Positions 19,881-37,419 of a stretch of DNA of 64,000 bases are shown here, piece after piece. Origin of the DNA: Escherichia phage ES12. Under the pieces are notes generated by a model. The model was not told where the DNA came from. It did not search any database and was given only the letters and a program-made list of their open reading frames with translations. Both the position numbers and the translations under genes were made by a program. How positions within the stretch are numbered: position 1 is the first letter of the stretch; the number at the start of each line of letters is the position of its first letter. The stretch lies in sequence record MN508614.1; one strand, 5' to 3'.

Positions 19881-22800
19881 CAGTAAAAGCACCTTCAGTC
19901 ACTAGTCTCAGAATTTCCAAGTTATCCGCTAATCAGGTGCAAGTACGCTGGGATGACGTTGGTGCTAATTTCTACTATTTTGTAGAAATCGCTGAGACAA
20001 AAACAAACTCGGGGGAAAATCTCCCGAGTAATCAATACAGATGGATTAACTTAGGATATACTGCAAATAACAGCTTCTTTTTTGATAATGCTAATCCATT
20101 GACATCGTACATTATCAGAGTAGCTACAGCTGCGCAAGATTTTGAGCAGTCTGATTGGATTTATACCGAAGAGTTTGAAACTTTTGCTACAAATGCTTAT
20201 ACATTTCAAAACATGATTGAAATGCAATTAGCCAATAAATTCATTCAGGAAAAATTTACTCTTAATAATTCTGATTATGTTAATTTTAATAATGACACAA
20301 TAATGGCTGCGTTGATGAATGAATCATTTCAGTTCAGCCCATCGTATGCTGATGTCTCATCAATTAGTAATTTTATTATTGGTGAAAACGAGTATCATGA
20401 AATACAAGGTTCTATTCAGCAAGTATGTAAGGATATTAACCGAGTTTATTTGATGGAATCAGAAGGGATTCTATATCTTTTTGAGCGTTATCAACCCGTA
20501 GTTAAAGTATCAAATGATAAAGGACAAACTTGGAAAGCTGTAAAGCTCTTCAATGACCGTGTAGGATATCCTTTATCTAAGACTGTATATTACCAATCTG
20601 CAAACACAACATACGTTCTAGGATACGATAAGATTTTCTATGGCCGTAAATCGACTGACGTTAGATGGTCAGCAGATGATGTCAGATTCAGTTCGCAGGA
20701 TATAACATTTGCTAAATTAGGAGACCAACTTCATTTAGGATTCGATGTTGAAATCTTCGCTACTTATGCGACTTTACCAGCGAATGTATATCGTATAGCT
20801 GAAGCCATTACTTGTACGGATGATTATATCTATGTTGTTGCCAGAGATAAAGTTAGATATATAAAAACGAGTAATGCACCTATAGATTCTGACCCGTTAT
20901 CACCAACATACTCGGAAAGACTTTTTGAATCTGATACAATGACTATAACTGGAAATCCTAAAGCTGTATGCTATAAAATGGATTCTATTGGTGATAAAGT
21001 TTTTGCTCTTATTATTGGTGAAGTTGAAACATTAAATGCCAATCCGAGAACTTCAAAAATAATTGATTCCGCTGATAAAGGAATATATGTTTTAAATCAT
21101 GACACAAAAACGTGGAAAAGAGTTTTTGGCAACACTGAAGAAGAAAGAAGACGTATTCAACCTGGGTATGCGAATATGTCAACTGATGGTAAATTAGTTT
21201 CTCTATCTTCGAGTAATTTTAAATTTTTAAATGATAACGTTGTTAATGACCCTGAAACTGTAGCAAAATATCAGTTAATCGGTGCCGTTAAATATGAATT
21301 TCCTCGTGAATGGTTAGCTGATAAGCATTATCATATGATGGCATTTATAGCAGATGAAAAGTCTGATTGGGAAACTTTTACGCCTCAGCCAATGAAATAC
21401 TATGCAGAACCATTCTTTAACTGGTCTAAAAAGTCTAATACACGGTGCTGGATAAACAACTCTAATAGGGCTGTGGTAGTTTATGCAGATTTAAAATATA
21501 CTAAAGTTATTGAAAATTTTCCAGAAACATCGCCAGATAGATTAGTTCATGAATACTGGGATGACGGCGATTGCACTATAGTAATGCCAAACGTTAAATT
21601 CACGGGATTTAAAAAATATGCGTCTGGGATGCTTTTTTATAAATCCTCTGGTGAAATAATTTCTTATTATGATTTTAACTATCGAGTGAGAGACACGGTT
21701 GAAATAATTTGGAAGCCAACTGGAATATTTTTAAAAGCATTTTTACAAAACCAAGAGCATGAAACTCCTTGGGCACCAGAAGAAGAGCACGGATTAGCTG
21801 ACCCTGATTTAAGACCATTGATTGGCACAATGATGCCTGATTCTTATTTGTTACAGGATTCGAATTTTGAGGCATTTTGCGAAGCATATATTCAATATCT
21901 TTCTGATGGATATGGAACTCAGTATAACAATTTACGAAATTTAATTCGTAACCAATATCCACGAGAAGAGCATGCGTGGGAATATTTATGGTCAGAAATA
22001 TATAAAAGAAACATTTATTTAAATGCTGACAAACGTGATGCTGTTGCAAGATTTTTTGAATCACGTAGTTATGATTTTTATTCTACTAAAGGAATTGAAG
22101 CATCATACAAATTTCTTTTTAAAGTTCTTTATAATGAAGAAGTTGAAATTGAAATTGAATCTGGAGCTGGTACTGAATATGATATAATCGTTCAATCTGA
22201 TTCTTTGACTGAGGATTTAGTAGGACAAACGATTTATACAGCTACAGGAAGATGTAATGTTACTTATATAGAAAGAAGTTATTCTAATGGTAAATTGCAA
22301 TGGACCGTGACTATACATAATCTTTTGGGGCGTTTAATAGCAGGGCAAGAAGTTAAAGCAGAAAGACTTCCTAGTTTTGAAGGCGAAATTATTCGTGGGG
22401 TTAAAGGAAAGGATTTGCTTCAAAATAATATAGACTATATTAATAGAAGTCGATCATATTATGTAATGAAAATTAAATCCAATTTACCTTCTTCTCGTTG
22501 GAAATCTGACGTTATTCGTTTTGTTCATCCAGTAGGATTTGGATTTATAGCAATCACGCTTTTAACTATGTTTATTAATGTCGGTTTAACTCTTAAACAC
22601 ACAGAGACAATAATTAATAAATATAAAAACTACAAATGGGATTCTGGATTACCTACTGAATACGCAGACCGTGTAGCTAAATTGACTCCGACTGGTGAAA
22701 TTGTGCATGATTCAGTAACAGGCGAAGCAATTTATGAGCCTGGCCCAATGGCTGGTGTAGAATATCCTCTTCCTGATGACTATAATGCTGAAAATAACAA

Positions 22801-22975
22801 TTCAATATTTCAAGGTCAATTGCCGTCTGAACGACGTAAATTAATGAGTCCTTTATTTGATGCATCTGGAACAACATTTGCGCAATTTAGAGATTTAGTT
22901 AATAAACGTCTAAAAGATAATATAGGAAATCCAAGAGACCCTGAAAATCCAACACAGGTTAAAATAGATGAATGA
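19877..22975 (+). CDS. 7: gp7 baseplate wedge protein
   Basis: 1032 aa, T4 synteny and size; ATGA overlap with gene 6. Confidence 0.95.
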   Translation: MTVKAPSVTSLRISKLSANQVQVRWDDVGANFYYFVEIAETKTNSGENLPSNQYRWINLGYTANNSFFFDNANPLTSYIIRVATAAQDFEQSDWIYTEEFETFATNAYTFQNMIEMQLANKFIQEKFTLNNSDYVNFNNDTIMAALMNESFQFSPSYADVSSISNFIIGENEYHEIQGSIQQVCKDINRVYLMESEGILYLFERYQPVVKVSNDKGQTWKAVKLFNDRVGYPLSKTVYYQSANTTYVLGYDKIFYGRKSTDVRWSADDVRFSSQDITFAKLGDQLHLGFDVEIFATYATLPANVYRIAEAITCTDDYIYVVARDKVRYIKTSNAPIDSDPLSPTYSERLFESDTMTITGNPKAVCYKMDSIGDKVFALIIGEVETLNANPRTSKIIDSADKGIYVLNHDTKTWKRVFGNTEEERRRIQPGYANMSTDGKLVSLSSSNFKFLNDNVVNDPETVAKYQLIGAVKYEFPREWLADKHYHMMAFIADEKSDWETFTPQPMKYYAEPFFNWSKKSNTRCWINNSNRAVVVYADLKYTKVIENFPETSPDRLVHEYWDDGDCTIVMPNVKFTGFKKYASGMLFYKSSGEIISYYDFNYRVRDTVEIIWKPTGIFLKAFLQNQEHETPWAPEEEHGLADPDLRPLIGTMMPDSYLLQDSNFEAFCEAYIQYLSDGYGTQYNNLRNLIRNQYPREEHAWEYLWSEIYKRNIYLNADKRDAVARFFESRSYDFYSTKGIEASYKFLFKVLYNEEVEIEIESGAGTEYDIIVQSDSLTEDLVGQTIYTATGRCNVTYIERSYSNGKLQWTVTIHNLLGRLIAGQEVKAERLPSFEGEIIRGVKGKDLLQNNIDYINRSRSYYVMKIKSNLPSSRWKSDVIRFVHPVGFGFIAITLLTMFINVGLTLKHTETIINKYKNYKWDSGLPTEYADRVAKLTPTGEIVHDSVTGEAIYEPGPMAGVEYPLPDDYNAENNNSIFQGQLPSERRKLMSPLFDASGTTFAQFRDLVNKRLKDNIGNPRDPENPTQVKIDE

Positions 22976-23972
22976 TTCAAGTGTTATCTATCGTGCGATA
23001 GTTACTTCAAAATTTAGAACAGAAAAAATGTTGAATTTTTATAATTCAATTGGAAGTGGTCCGGATAAAAACACTATCTTTATCACATTTGGAAGATCAG
23101 AACCGTGGTCATCAAATGAAAATGAGGTGGGCTTTGCCCCACCTTATCCTACCGATTCTGTATTAGGTGTAACTGACATGTGGACTCATATGATGGGAAC
23201 AGTAAAAGTTCTTCCATCAATGCTTGATGCTGTTATTCCTCGCAGAGATTGGGGAGATACTAGATATCCGGATCCATACACATTTAGAATTAACGATATT
23301 GTAGTGTGTAACTCAGCTCCTTACAACGCTACTGAATCAGGCGCAGGCTGGTTAGTATATCGTTGTTTAGATGTTCCTGATACCGGAATGTGTTCAATAG
23401 CATCTTTAACTAATAAGGATGAATGCCTCAAATTAGGCGGAAAATGGACTCCTTCTGTTAGGTCAATGACTCCTCCTGAAGGTCGAGGAGATGCGGAAGG
23501 AACAATCGAACCTGGAGACGGATATGTTTGGGAATATCTTTTTGAGATTCCGCCCGATGTATCTATAAATAGATGCACAAATGAATATATCGTAGTTCCT
23601 TGGCCTGAGGAATTAAAAGAAGATCCAACTAGATGGGGGTATGAAGATAATCTCACTTGGCAACAAGATGATTTTGGATTAATTTACCGGGTTAAGGCAA
23701 ATACTATCCGTTTTAAAGCATATTTAGATTCAGTTTACTTTCCTGATGCTGCATTGCCAGGAAATAAAGGATTTAGACAAATATCAATAATCACAAATCC
23801 TCTTGAAGCTAAAGCTCATCCAAATGACCCAAATGTTAAAGCTGAAAAGGATTATTATGATCCAGAAGATTTAATGAGGCATTCGGGCGAAATGATTTAT
23901 ATGGAAAATAGGCCACCTATTATCATGGCAATGGATCAGACAGAAGAAATCAATATTCTGTTTACATTTTAA
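22968..23972 (+). CDS. 8: gp8 baseplate wedge protein
   Basis: 334 aa, T4 synteny and size. Confidence 0.95.
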   Translation: MNDSSVIYRAIVTSKFRTEKMLNFYNSIGSGPDKNTIFITFGRSEPWSSNENEVGFAPPYPTDSVLGVTDMWTHMMGTVKVLPSMLDAVIPRRDWGDTRYPDPYTFRINDIVVCNSAPYNATESGAGWLVYRCLDVPDTGMCSIASLTNKDECLKLGGKWTPSVRSMTPPEGRGDAEGTIEPGDGYVWEYLFEIPPDVSINRCTNEYIVVPWPEELKEDPTRWGYEDNLTWQQDDFGLIYRVKANTIRFKAYLDSVYFPDAALPGNKGFRQISIITNPLEAKAHPNDPNVKAEKDYYDPEDLMRHSGEMIYMENRPPIIMAMDQTEEINILFTF

Positions 23973-23977
23973 ATTAA

Positions 23978-24000
23978 GGGAGCCCATGGGCTCCCTTTTT
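23978..24000 (+). terminator. Rho-independent terminator after gene 8
   Basis: gggagccc-atg-ggctccc hairpin followed by TTTTT. Confidence 0.65.
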
Positions 24001-24003
24001 CTT

Positions 24004-24011
24004 TATAAATA
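24004..24011 (+). promoter_or_regulatory. T4 late promoter TATAAATA upstream of gene 9
   Basis: Exact TATAAATA 25 nt upstream of the ATG at 24036. Confidence 0.55.
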
Positions 24012-24035
24012 CTATAAACTCATAAGGAAACCGCT

Positions 24036-24902
24036 ATGTTCATTCAAGAACCAAAGAAATTGATTGATACCGGCGAAATTGGTAACGCTTCTACTGGTGA
24101 TATCTTATTCGACGGTGGTAATAAAATTAATAGTGATTTTAACGCAATTTATAACGCGTTTGGCGATCAACGTAAAATGGCAGTAGCAAATGGCACTGGA
24201 GCTGATGGTCAAATTATCCATGCTACTGGATATTATCAAAAACACTCTATCGCGGAGTACGCAACTCCAGTAAAAGTTGGCACTAGACATGATATTGATA
24301 CTTCTACCGTAGGTGTTAAAGTTATCATTGAAAGAGGCGAACTTGGCGACTGCGTTGAATTTATTAACTCGAATGGATCAATATCAGTTACTAATCCTTT
24401 AACGATTCAAGCTATTGATTCAATTAAAGGCGTTTCAGGTAATTTAGTAGTAACTAGTCCATATAGTAAAGTTACTTTACGTTGTATTTCATCTGATAAT
24501 TCTACGTCGGTTTGGAATTATTCTATTGAAAGTATGTTTGGGCAAAAGGAATCACCAGCTGAAGGTACATGGAATATTTCTACATCTGGATCAGTTGACA
24601 TTCCACTATTTCATCGCACTGAATACAATATGGCTAAATTGCTAGTTACGTGCCAATCAGTAGATGGAAGAAAAATTAAAACAGCAGAAATAAATATTCT
24701 TGTGGATACTGTTAATTCAGAGGTCATTTCTTCTGAATATGCTGTCATGCGAGTTGGGAATGAAACCGAAGAAGACGAAATCGCTAATATTGCATTTAGT
24801 ATTAAAGAAAATTACGTAACGGCGACTATAAGTTCTTCAACTGTCGGTATGAGAGCAGCAGTTAAAGTTATCGCTACGCAGAAAATCGGGGTGGCTCAAT
24901 AA
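24036..24902 (+). CDS. 9: gp9 baseplate protein (long tail fiber attachment)
   Basis: 288 aa, T4 synteny and size. Confidence 0.95.
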   Translation: MFIQEPKKLIDTGEIGNASTGDILFDGGNKINSDFNAIYNAFGDQRKMAVANGTGADGQIIHATGYYQKHSIAEYATPVKVGTRHDIDTSTVGVKVIIERGELGDCVEFINSNGSISVTNPLTIQAIDSIKGVSGNLVVTSPYSKVTLRCISSDNSTSVWNYSIESMFGQKESPAEGTWNISTSGSVDIPLFHRTEYNMAKLLVTCQSVDGRKIKTAEINILVDTVNSEVISSEYAVMRVGNETEEDEIANIAFSIKENYVTATISSSTVGMRAAVKVIATQKIGVAQ

Positions 24903-26707
24903 TGAAACAAAATATTAATATCGGTAATGTTGTAGATGATGGTACCGGTGACTACCTGCGTAAAGGTGGTATAAAAATAAATGAAAACTTTGATGAGCTT
25001 TATTATGAACTCGGTGATGGTAATGTTCCATATTCAGCCGGTGCTTGGAAAACTTATAATGCTTCATCTGGTCAAACATTAAAAGCTAAGTGGGGAAAAT
25101 CATACGCTATTAATACCTCTTCTGGAAGAGTAACTTTACAACTTCCTAAAGGAACTGTTAATGATTATAATAAAGTAATTAGAGCTAGGGATGTATTTGC
25201 AACATGGAACATTAATCCAGTTACTTTAGTAGCTGCTTCTGGAGATACAATTAAAGGGTCGTCATCATCGGTTGAAATTAATACTCAATTTAGTGATTTA
25301 GAGCTCGTTTATTGCGCTCCAGGACGTTGGGAGTATGTCAAAAACAAACAAATTGACAAAATTATTAGTTCAGATATTAGTAATGTAGCACGTAAAGAAT
25401 TTTTAGTCGAAGTTCAAGGACAAACGGACTTTTTAGATGTTTTCCGTGGAACTAGCTATAATGTTAATAACATCCGAGTAAAACATCGTGGTAACGAATT
25501 ATATTACGGCGATGTATTTAGTGAAAACAGTGACTTTGGCTCTCCAGGGGAAAATGAAGGAGAATTGATTCCTCTTGATGGATTTAATATTAGGTTAAGA
25601 CAGCCTTGTAATATTGGCGACACTGTTCAAATTGAAACGTTTATGGATGGTGTATCACAATGGAGAAGTTCATATACAAGACGCCAAATAAAAGTGCTAG
25701 ATTCAAAACTAACATCAAAGACTTCTTTAGAAGGAAGCATTTATGTTACTGATTTATCGGCGATGAAATCAATTCCATTTTCAGCTTTTGGATTAATTCC
25801 TGGCGAACCCATTAATCCTAATTCTCTTGAGGTTCGTTTTAATGGAATTTTACAGCAACAGGCTGGAACAGCTGGGTATCCTCTGTTTTTGTGCGAAGGC
25901 GCTAATTCAGATACGCAAGAAGGATGTATATCTCTTGGTGGCGAATGGAAAGAATCAAACACAGATTATTCTATAGAATATGAAGATGGAAAACCTACCA
26001 GTCTTTTATTTGATAGAAAATTTGAATCAGGCGATATAATCGTTATAACGTGGTTCAATAATGATTTAGGAACTCTTTTAGAAAAAGATGACATCATTGA
26101 ATTAACGGATGACCGTTATGTTAGTAAAGGATCATCTACCGAAGTTACTGGTGATGTAGCCTTAACAGATTTTGATAAAATCGGTTGGCCAAATGTTGAA
26201 AAAGTTGATTCTTATACTAGAACGTATAATTCAATATCATCTATTTTCGATAGCATTTATCCTGTAGGTTCAATTTATGAAAATGCTATAAATCCAAATA
26301 ATCCGGTGACTTATATGGGATTTGGTTCATGGAAATTATTTGGTAAAGGACAAGTTTTAGTAGGATGGAATGATGATGTTACGGATCCAAACTTTGCTTT
26401 AAACAATAATGATTTAGATTCTAGCGGAAATCCTTCACACACTGCCGGTGGAACAGTTGGAACAACAACAGTGACACTTGAGAATGCAAATCTTCCTGCA
26501 ACTAAAACCGACGAAAGAGTTTTAATTGAAGACGAAAACGGGTCAGTTATTATTGGAGGTTGCCAATATGACCCAGATGAAACTGGTCCTATATATACAA
26601 AATATCGTGAAGACTATGCAACAACAAACTCTTCACATACTCCTCCTGCTAATATTAGTAATATTCAACCGTCTATTACTGTATACCGTTGGATAAGGAT
26701 TGCATAA
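24902..26707 (+). CDS. 10: gp10 baseplate wedge protein
   Basis: 601 aa, T4 synteny and size. Confidence 0.95.
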   Translation: MKQNINIGNVVDDGTGDYLRKGGIKINENFDELYYELGDGNVPYSAGAWKTYNASSGQTLKAKWGKSYAINTSSGRVTLQLPKGTVNDYNKVIRARDVFATWNINPVTLVAASGDTIKGSSSSVEINTQFSDLELVYCAPGRWEYVKNKQIDKIISSDISNVARKEFLVEVQGQTDFLDVFRGTSYNVNNIRVKHRGNELYYGDVFSENSDFGSPGENEGELIPLDGFNIRLRQPCNIGDTVQIETFMDGVSQWRSSYTRRQIKVLDSKLTSKTSLEGSIYVTDLSAMKSIPFSAFGLIPGEPINPNSLEVRFNGILQQQAGTAGYPLFLCEGANSDTQEGCISLGGEWKESNTDYSIEYEDGKPTSLLFDRKFESGDIIVITWFNNDLGTLLEKDDIIELTDDRYVSKGSSTEVTGDVALTDFDKIGWPNVEKVDSYTRTYNSISSIFDSIYPVGSIYENAINPNNPVTYMGFGSWKLFGKGQVLVGWNDDVTDPNFALNNNDLDSSGNPSHTAGGTVGTTTVTLENANLPATKTDERVLIEDENGSVIIGGCQYDPDETGPIYTKYREDYATTNSSHTPPANISNIQPSITVYRWIRIA

Positions 26708-27366
26708 TGAGTTTACTTAATAATAAAGCGGGAGTTATTTCCCGCTTAGCAGATTTTCTTGGTTTTAGAACTAAGAAAAATGATATTTCGGTTATGAATA
26801 ATCAGCCAGTAGGCGCTGTAACAATTTCACAAATAGCAAAAGGTTTTTATGACCCGAATGTAGAATCTGCTATCAATGATGTTAGAAATATGGCAGAGCA
26901 ACAGGTTGGAGCTGTATTAGTTAATATAAGCGGCGTATCTCCTACTGGCGTGCAACAAACAGACTATTGGTCATTTGAAGGAACCGTTACTGATACTTCA
27001 GCCAAACCAGGTGATCCAGTTATTGTTAACATGTTTGGTATTCCAGTTAAAGCTACTAATGGAATGACTTCAATCGAATTCACTAGTGCCGTTAGAATAG
27101 CTCTACAGGAAATGGTTGTAAAATTTATTGCAATTGATTCGTTTGAAGACCATCCTACCATAGGAAATAAAATACAAGTTAAGTATTTAGATAACCAAGA
27201 ACATATCTTAGAACAATACTCTGATAAAGGAATTACTTTCAAACAGGAAATAATTTCTCCTTCTAAACCTGGGTACGGAACGTGGCAATTATTAGGTGCG
27301 CAAACTGTCACGCTAGATAGTCACACACAACCTACAGTATTTTATTATTTTGAGAGAATAGCATGA
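26707..27366 (+). CDS. 11: gp11 baseplate wedge protein (short tail fiber connector)
   Basis: ATG at 26707 overlaps gene 10 stop (TAATG) and gives 219 aa; ORF-track start at 26689 lies inside gene 10. Confidence 0.9.
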   Translation: MSLLNNKAGVISRLADFLGFRTKKNDISVMNNQPVGAVTISQIAKGFYDPNVESAINDVRNMAEQQVGAVLVNISGVSPTGVQQTDYWSFEGTVTDTSAKPGDPVIVNMFGIPVKATNGMTSIEFTSAVRIALQEMVVKFIAIDSFEDHPTIGNKIQVKYLDNQEHILEQYSDKGITFKQEIISPSKPGYGTWQLLGAQTVTLDSHTQPTVFYYFERIA

Positions 27367-28913
27367 GTAACAATACATATCAGCACGTATCAAATGAATC
27401 AAAATATGTTAAATTCGATCCTACTGGATCGAATTTTCCTGACACTGTTACGACAGTGCAGTCTGCATTATCAAAAATAAGTAATATCGGCGTAAATGGT
27501 ATTCCTGATGCAACTATGGAAGTTAAAGGAATAGCAATGATTGCGTCAGAACAAGAGGTTTTAGATGGAACTAATAATTCTAAAATCGTTACGCCAGCTA
27601 CATTAGCAACAAGGTTATTATATCCAAATGCTACTGAAACTAAGTATGGTTTAACGCGCTATTCAACAAATGAAGAAACATTAGAAGGCTCAGATAATAA
27701 TTCATCAATAACGCCACAAAAACTGAAATACCATACTGACGATGTGTTCCAAAATAGATATTCGTCTGAGTCATCAAACGGGGTTATTAAAATATCATCA
27801 ACACCTGCAGCTTTGGCTGGTGTTGATGATACTACGGCGATGACTCCGCTAAAAACCCAAAAACTCGCAATAAAATTAATTTCACAAATAGCTCCTTCCG
27901 AAGATACTGCATCAGAATCTGTGAGAGGTGTGGTTCAGTTATCAACTGTCGCTCAAACTCGTCAAGGAACTCTCCGCGAAGGATATGCAATTTCTCCGTA
28001 TACCTTTATGAATTCTGTTGCAACACAAGAATATAAGGGTGTTATACGTTTAGGAACACAATCGGAAATTAACAGTAATTTAGGAGATGTTGCAGTAACA
28101 GGTGAAACACTAAATGGTCGAGGAGCTACTGGTTCTATGCGTGGAGTAGTTAAATTAACGACGCAAGCCGGTATTGCCCCTGAAGGTGATAGTTCTGGAG
28201 CATTAGCGTGGAACGCAGATGTAATTAATACGCGTGGTGGACAAACTATTAATGGTTCTTTAAATTTAGACCATCTTACAGCAAACGGAATTTGGTCGCG
28301 CGGCGGAATGTGGAAAAATGGCGATCAACCTGTTGCCACTGAAAGATATGCGTCCGAACGAGTTCCTGTTGGAACTATTATGATGTTTGCGGGTGATTCA
28401 GCACCTCCAGGTTGGATTATGTGTCATGGTGGAACCGTGTCAGGTGACCAATTTCCTGATTATAGAAACGTAGTTGGAACAAGATTTGGTGGCGATTGGA
28501 ATAATCCTGGCGTTCCTGATATGCGGGGTCTTTTCGTCAGAGGAGCTGGCACAGGCGGTCATATTTTAAATCAACGAGGACAAGATGGTTATGGAAAGGA
28601 TAGACTTGGCGTAGGATGTGACGGAATGCATGTTGGTGGTGTTCAAGCACAACAAATGTCATACCATAAACACGCCGGTGGTTGGGGGGAATATAACAGA
28701 AGTGAAGGCCCATTTGGCGCGTCTGTTTATCAAGGATATCTTGGAACTAGAAAATATGCCGACTGGGATAATGCTTCATACTTCACTAATGATGGATTTG
28801 AATTAGGCGGACCGAGAGATGCCCTTGGTACACTTAATCGTGAAGGATTAATTGGTTATGAAACTAGACCATGGAATATATCATTAAACTATATTATTAA
28901 AGTTCATTACTAA
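27363..28913 (+). CDS. 12: gp12 short tail fiber
   Basis: 516 aa, T4 synteny; ATGA overlap with gene 11. Confidence 0.93.
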   Translation: MSNNTYQHVSNESKYVKFDPTGSNFPDTVTTVQSALSKISNIGVNGIPDATMEVKGIAMIASEQEVLDGTNNSKIVTPATLATRLLYPNATETKYGLTRYSTNEETLEGSDNNSSITPQKLKYHTDDVFQNRYSSESSNGVIKISSTPAALAGVDDTTAMTPLKTQKLAIKLISQIAPSEDTASESVRGVVQLSTVAQTRQGTLREGYAISPYTFMNSVATQEYKGVIRLGTQSEINSNLGDVAVTGETLNGRGATGSMRGVVKLTTQAGIAPEGDSSGALAWNADVINTRGGQTINGSLNLDHLTANGIWSRGGMWKNGDQPVATERYASERVPVGTIMMFAGDSAPPGWIMCHGGTVSGDQFPDYRNVVGTRFGGDWNNPGVPDMRGLFVRGAGTGGHILNQRGQDGYGKDRLGVGCDGMHVGGVQAQQMSYHKHAGGWGEYNRSEGPFGASVYQGYLGTRKYADWDNASYFTNDGFELGGPRDALGTLNREGLIGYETRPWNISLNYIIKVHY

Positions 28914-28922
28914 GGATTACAA

Positions 28923-30380
28923 ATGATTGAATTAAAAGATTTACCTTTTGTTGATAGCGTTCCTGATGAAGGTCAGGAACGTATTTCATGGATTAAAAAT
29001 GGTGAAGAAATACTAGGAGCTAGCACTAAGTATGGAAACGATGGATCAATGAATAGACCAATTGTTTCCGTGTTTAAAAATGTTGAGGTTCTTGACGAAA
29101 ATATAGGAATTCTTAAAACTGCCATTGAAACATCGCAGAAAGATATTAAAACAATTCAAGGAGTTTTAGATGTATCAGGAGATATAGAAGCACTATCGCA
29201 GATCAGTGTTAATAAAAATGACATATCAAATTTAAAGACACTTACTAATGAACACACTGATATATTAACTGGAACTAATAATACAGTTGACAAAATTATT
29301 GCTGATATAGGTCCATTTAATGATGAAGAAAACTCTGTTTATAGAACAATTAGAAATGATTTATTGTGGATTAAACAGGAATTAGGACAATATTCTGGCC
29401 AAGACATTAACGGTCTTCCTGTTGTTGGTAATGCTAGCACAGGAATGAAACACAGAATAATAACAAATAGTACATTATTATCTTCACAGGGCATTCGTTT
29501 AAGCGAATTAGAAAATAAATTTACTGAATCTGACGTAGGATCATTAACTGTTGAAGTTGGTAAATTACGTGATGAACTTGGTAATAAACCGGTAGATTTT
29601 GGACCAAATATTTATAATAGATTAAACACTATAGATGATAAACAAACTTTAATAAATTCTGATATAGCAGAAATTAAATCTTCTATTGGATACCCAGAAA
29701 ATGTTTCTATAATAACAGAAATTAATAATAACAAAAGTAGCATTGAATCTATTAATAATGAATTAAATCAGAGTGAAGGTGTTAAACAGCGCTTAACAGC
29801 TATTGAAACTTCTATAGGTTCAGATGATATTCCTTCTAGTATTAAAGGAAAAATTAAAAATCACACAACTTCTATTGAGTCTTTAAACGGAATTGTTGGT
29901 GAAAACACTTCGTCTGGTTTAAGAGCGAATGTTTCGTGGTTAAATCAAATTGTTGGAACTGACTCCAGCGGAGGACAACCGTCTCCTTCTGGGTCTCTAT
30001 TAAATAAAGTTTCAGTGCTTGAAGGAGAAGTTTCAGTTTTAAACAATAATGTTCAAAATATACAAGTTGAAATAGGAAATAATAGAACAGGAATTAAAGG
30101 TCAAGTTATTGAACTTACTTCACTTATAAATGGAAATAATCCTGACGGATCAACTGTTGAAGAACGAGGATTAACTAATTCTATAAAAACGAATGAAACT
30201 AACATTGCGGCAGTCACGCATGAAGTAAATACAGCTAAAGACAATATATCCTCTTTACAGAGCAGCGTTCAAGCTCTACAAGAAGCGGGTTATATTCCTG
30301 AAGCTCCAAAAGATGGCCAAGCTTACGTTCGTAAAGACGGCGAATGGGTACTACTTTCTACCTTTTTATCACCAGCATAA
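28923..30380 (+). CDS. wac: Fibritin (whisker antigen control) with C-terminal foldon
   Basis: 485 aa; C-terminus [27 protein letters not shown] matches the T4 foldon. Confidence 0.95.
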   Translation: MIELKDLPFVDSVPDEGQERISWIKNGEEILGASTKYGNDGSMNRPIVSVFKNVEVLDENIGILKTAIETSQKDIKTIQGVLDVSGDIEALSQISVNKNDISNLKTLTNEHTDILTGTNNTVDKIIADIGPFNDEENSVYRTIRNDLLWIKQELGQYSGQDINGLPVVGNASTGMKHRIITNSTLLSSQGIRLSELENKFTESDVGSLTVEVGKLRDELGNKPVDFGPNIYNRLNTIDDKQTLINSDIAEIKSSIGYPENVSIITEINNNKSSIESINNELNQSEGVKQRLTAIETSIGSDDIPSSIKGKIKNHTTSIESLNGIVGENTSSGLRANVSWLNQIVGTDSSGGQPSPSGSLLNKVSVLEGEVSVLNNNVQNIQVEIGNNRTGIKGQVIELTSLINGNNPDGSTVEERGLTNSIKTNETNIAAVTHEVNTAKDNISSLQSSVQALQEAGYIPEAPKDGQAYVRKDGEWVLLSTFLSPA

Positions 30381-30411
30381 CATGGGGCCGCAAGGCCCCA
30401 AAGGATTTTAA

Positions 30412-32113
<1,702 letters not shown>

Positions 32114-32154
32114 TAAATATTATAAACTAATTAAAGCCCAGATTAGGAGAAATC

Positions 32155-35292
<3,138 letters not shown>

Positions 35293-35323
35293 ATATATTA
35301 AAGCATATTAAAGAGGATTAAAA

Positions 35324-37303
35324 ATGACTTTATTATCTCCGGGCATTGAGCTCAAAGAAACTACGGTTCAAAGCACCGTGGTTAATAACTCTACTGGTAC
35401 AGCAGCTTTGGCCGGTAAATTCCAGTGGGGTCCTGCTTTTCAGATTAAACAGGTTACAAATGAAGTAGATTTAGTTAATACTTTTGGTCAACCAACCGCT
35501 GAAACTGCTGACTATTTTATGTCTGCGATGAATTTCTTGCAGTACGGAAATGACTTACGAGTAGTTCGTGCTGTTGATAGAGATACCGCTAAAAACTCAT
35601 CTCCGATTGCCGGTAATATTGAATACACTATTTCTACCCCAGGTAGTAACTACGCGGTTGGAGATAAAATCACGGTTAAGTATGTTTCAGATGATATTGA
35701 AACTGAAGGTAAAATTACCGAAGTAGACGCAGATGGAAAAATTAAGAAAATTAATATTCCTACTGCAAAAATTATCGCTAAAGCGAAAGAAGTCGGTGAA
35801 TATCCAGCACTAGGTTCTAACTGGACTGCCGAAATTTCTTCGTCTTCCTCTGGTTTAGCTGCAGTAATAACTCTTGGAAAAATTATTACTGATTCTGGTA
35901 TTTTATTAGCTGAAATTGAAAATGCTGAAGCTGCTATGACAGCGGTTGACTTTCAAGCAAATCTCGAAAAATACGGAATTCCAGGAGTAGTAGCGCTTTA
36001 TCCAGGCGAGTTGGGCGATAAAATTGAAATTGAAATCGTATCTAAAGCTGACTATGCAAAAGGAGCTTCTGCATTACTCCCAATTTATCCAGGTGGTGGT
36101 ACTCGTGCATCTACTGCCAAAGCAGTGTTTGGATATGGACCACAAACTGATTCACAGTACGCTATTATAGTTCGTCGTAATGATGCTATTGTTCAAAGCG
36201 TTGTTCTTTCAACTAAGCGTGGTGAAAAAGATATTTACGATAGTAACATCTATATCGATGACTTTTTCGCAAAAGGTGGTTCAGAATATATTTTTGCAAC
36301 TGCACAAAACTGGCCAGAAGGCTTCTCTGGAATTTTAACTCTGTCTGGTGGATTATCATCAAATGCTGAAGTAACAGCAGGAGATTTGATGGAAGCTTGG
36401 GACTTCTTTGCTGACCGCGAATCTGTTGACGTTCAACTGTTTATTGCGGGTTCTTGTGCCGGTGAATCTTTAGAAACAGCATCTACTGTCCAAAAACACG
36501 TCGTTTCAATTGGGGATGCTCGTCAAGATTGCTTAGTATTGTGCTCACCACCACGTGAAACTGTAGTTGGAATTCCTGTAACTCGTGCTGTTGATAACTT
36601 AGTCAATTGGAGAACTGCAGCAGGTTCATACACTGATAATAACTTTAATATCAGTTCAACCTATGCAGCAATCGATGGCAACTACAAATATCAGTATGAC
36701 AAATATAATGATGTGAATCGTTGGGTTCCATTAGCAGCTGATATTGCTGGTTTATGCGCAAGAACTGATAACGTATCTCAGACTTGGATGTCTCCAGCTG
36801 GTTATAATCGTGGCCAGATTCTTAACGTTATTAAACTTGCTATTGAAACTCGCCAGGCTCAGCGCGACCGTTTATACCAAGAAGCTATCAACCCGGTAAC
36901 TGGTACAGGCGGTGATGGTTACGTATTGTATGGTGATAAAACAGCTACTTCTGTTCCTTCTCCATTTGATCGTATTAACGTTCGTCGTCTGTTTAATATG
37001 TTGAAAACGAATATCGGACGTAGTTCAAAATATCGTTTGTTCGAATTAAACAATGCGTTTACTCGTTCATCATTCCGCACAGAAACTGCCCAGTACTTAC
37101 AGGGAATTAAAGCTCTCGGTGGAATTTATGAATATCGTGTAGTTTGCGATACAACAAATAACACTCCGTCAGTAATTGATAGAAATGAGTTTGTTGCAAC
37201 ATTCTACATCCAACCGGCTAGAAGCATTAACTACATTACCTTAAACTTCGTAGCAACTGCTACTGGTGCAGACTTCGATGAGTTAACTGGTCTTGCAGGT
37301 TAA
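35324..37303 (+). CDS. 18: gp18 contractile tail sheath protein
   Basis: 659 aa, T4 synteny and size. Confidence 0.97.
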   Translation: MTLLSPGIELKETTVQSTVVNNSTGTAALAGKFQWGPAFQIKQVTNEVDLVNTFGQPTAETADYFMSAMNFLQYGNDLRVVRAVDRDTAKNSSPIAGNIEYTISTPGSNYAVGDKITVKYVSDDIETEGKITEVDADGKIKKINIPTAKIIAKAKEVGEYPALGSNWTAEISSSSSGLAAVITLGKIITDSGILLAEIENAEAAMTAVDFQANLEKYGIPGVVALYPGELGDKIEIEIVSKADYAKGASALLPIYPGGGTRASTAKAVFGYGPQTDSQYAIIVRRNDAIVQSVVLSTKRGEKDIYDSNIYIDDFFAKGGSEYIFATAQNWPEGFSGILTLSGGLSSNAEVTAGDLMEAWDFFADRESVDVQLFIAGSCAGESLETASTVQKHVVSIGDARQDCLVLCSPPRETVVGIPVTRAVDNLVNWRTAAGSYTDNNFNISSTYAAIDGNYKYQYDKYNDVNRWVPLAADIAGLCARTDNVSQTWMSPAGYNRGQILNVIKLAIETRQAQRDRLYQEAINPVTGTGGDGYVLYGDKTATSVPSPFDRINVRRLFNMLKTNIGRSSKYRLFELNNAFTRSSFRTETAQYLQGIKALGGIYEYRVVCDTTNNTPSVIDRNEFVATFYIQPARSINYITLNFVATATGADFDELTGLAG

Positions 37304-37338
37304 TACGGTGCATTCTAAAGGCCTGTTTCGGCAGGCCA

Positions 37339-37346
37339 TATAAATA
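37339..37346 (+). promoter_or_regulatory. T4 late promoter TATAAATA (distal) upstream of gene 19
   Basis: Exact TATAAATA just after a hairpin at 37320..37337. Confidence 0.5.
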
Positions 37347-37397
37347 CACTATATCCTTAATTCTTTAATTCTATATGCCCTAGGTTAAACATAGGGA

Positions 37398-37405
37398 TAT
37401 AAATA
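37398..37405 (+). promoter_or_regulatory. T4 late promoter TATAAATA (proximal) upstream of gene 19
   Basis: Exact TATAAATA 15 nt upstream of the ATG at 37420. Confidence 0.55.
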
Positions 37406-37419
37406 CTACAGAGGCTAAT

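Noticed and set aside
21675-22064. Minus-strand 129-aa ORF inside gene 7
   Set aside because: Antisense within a conserved 1032-aa baseplate gene; chance open frame.
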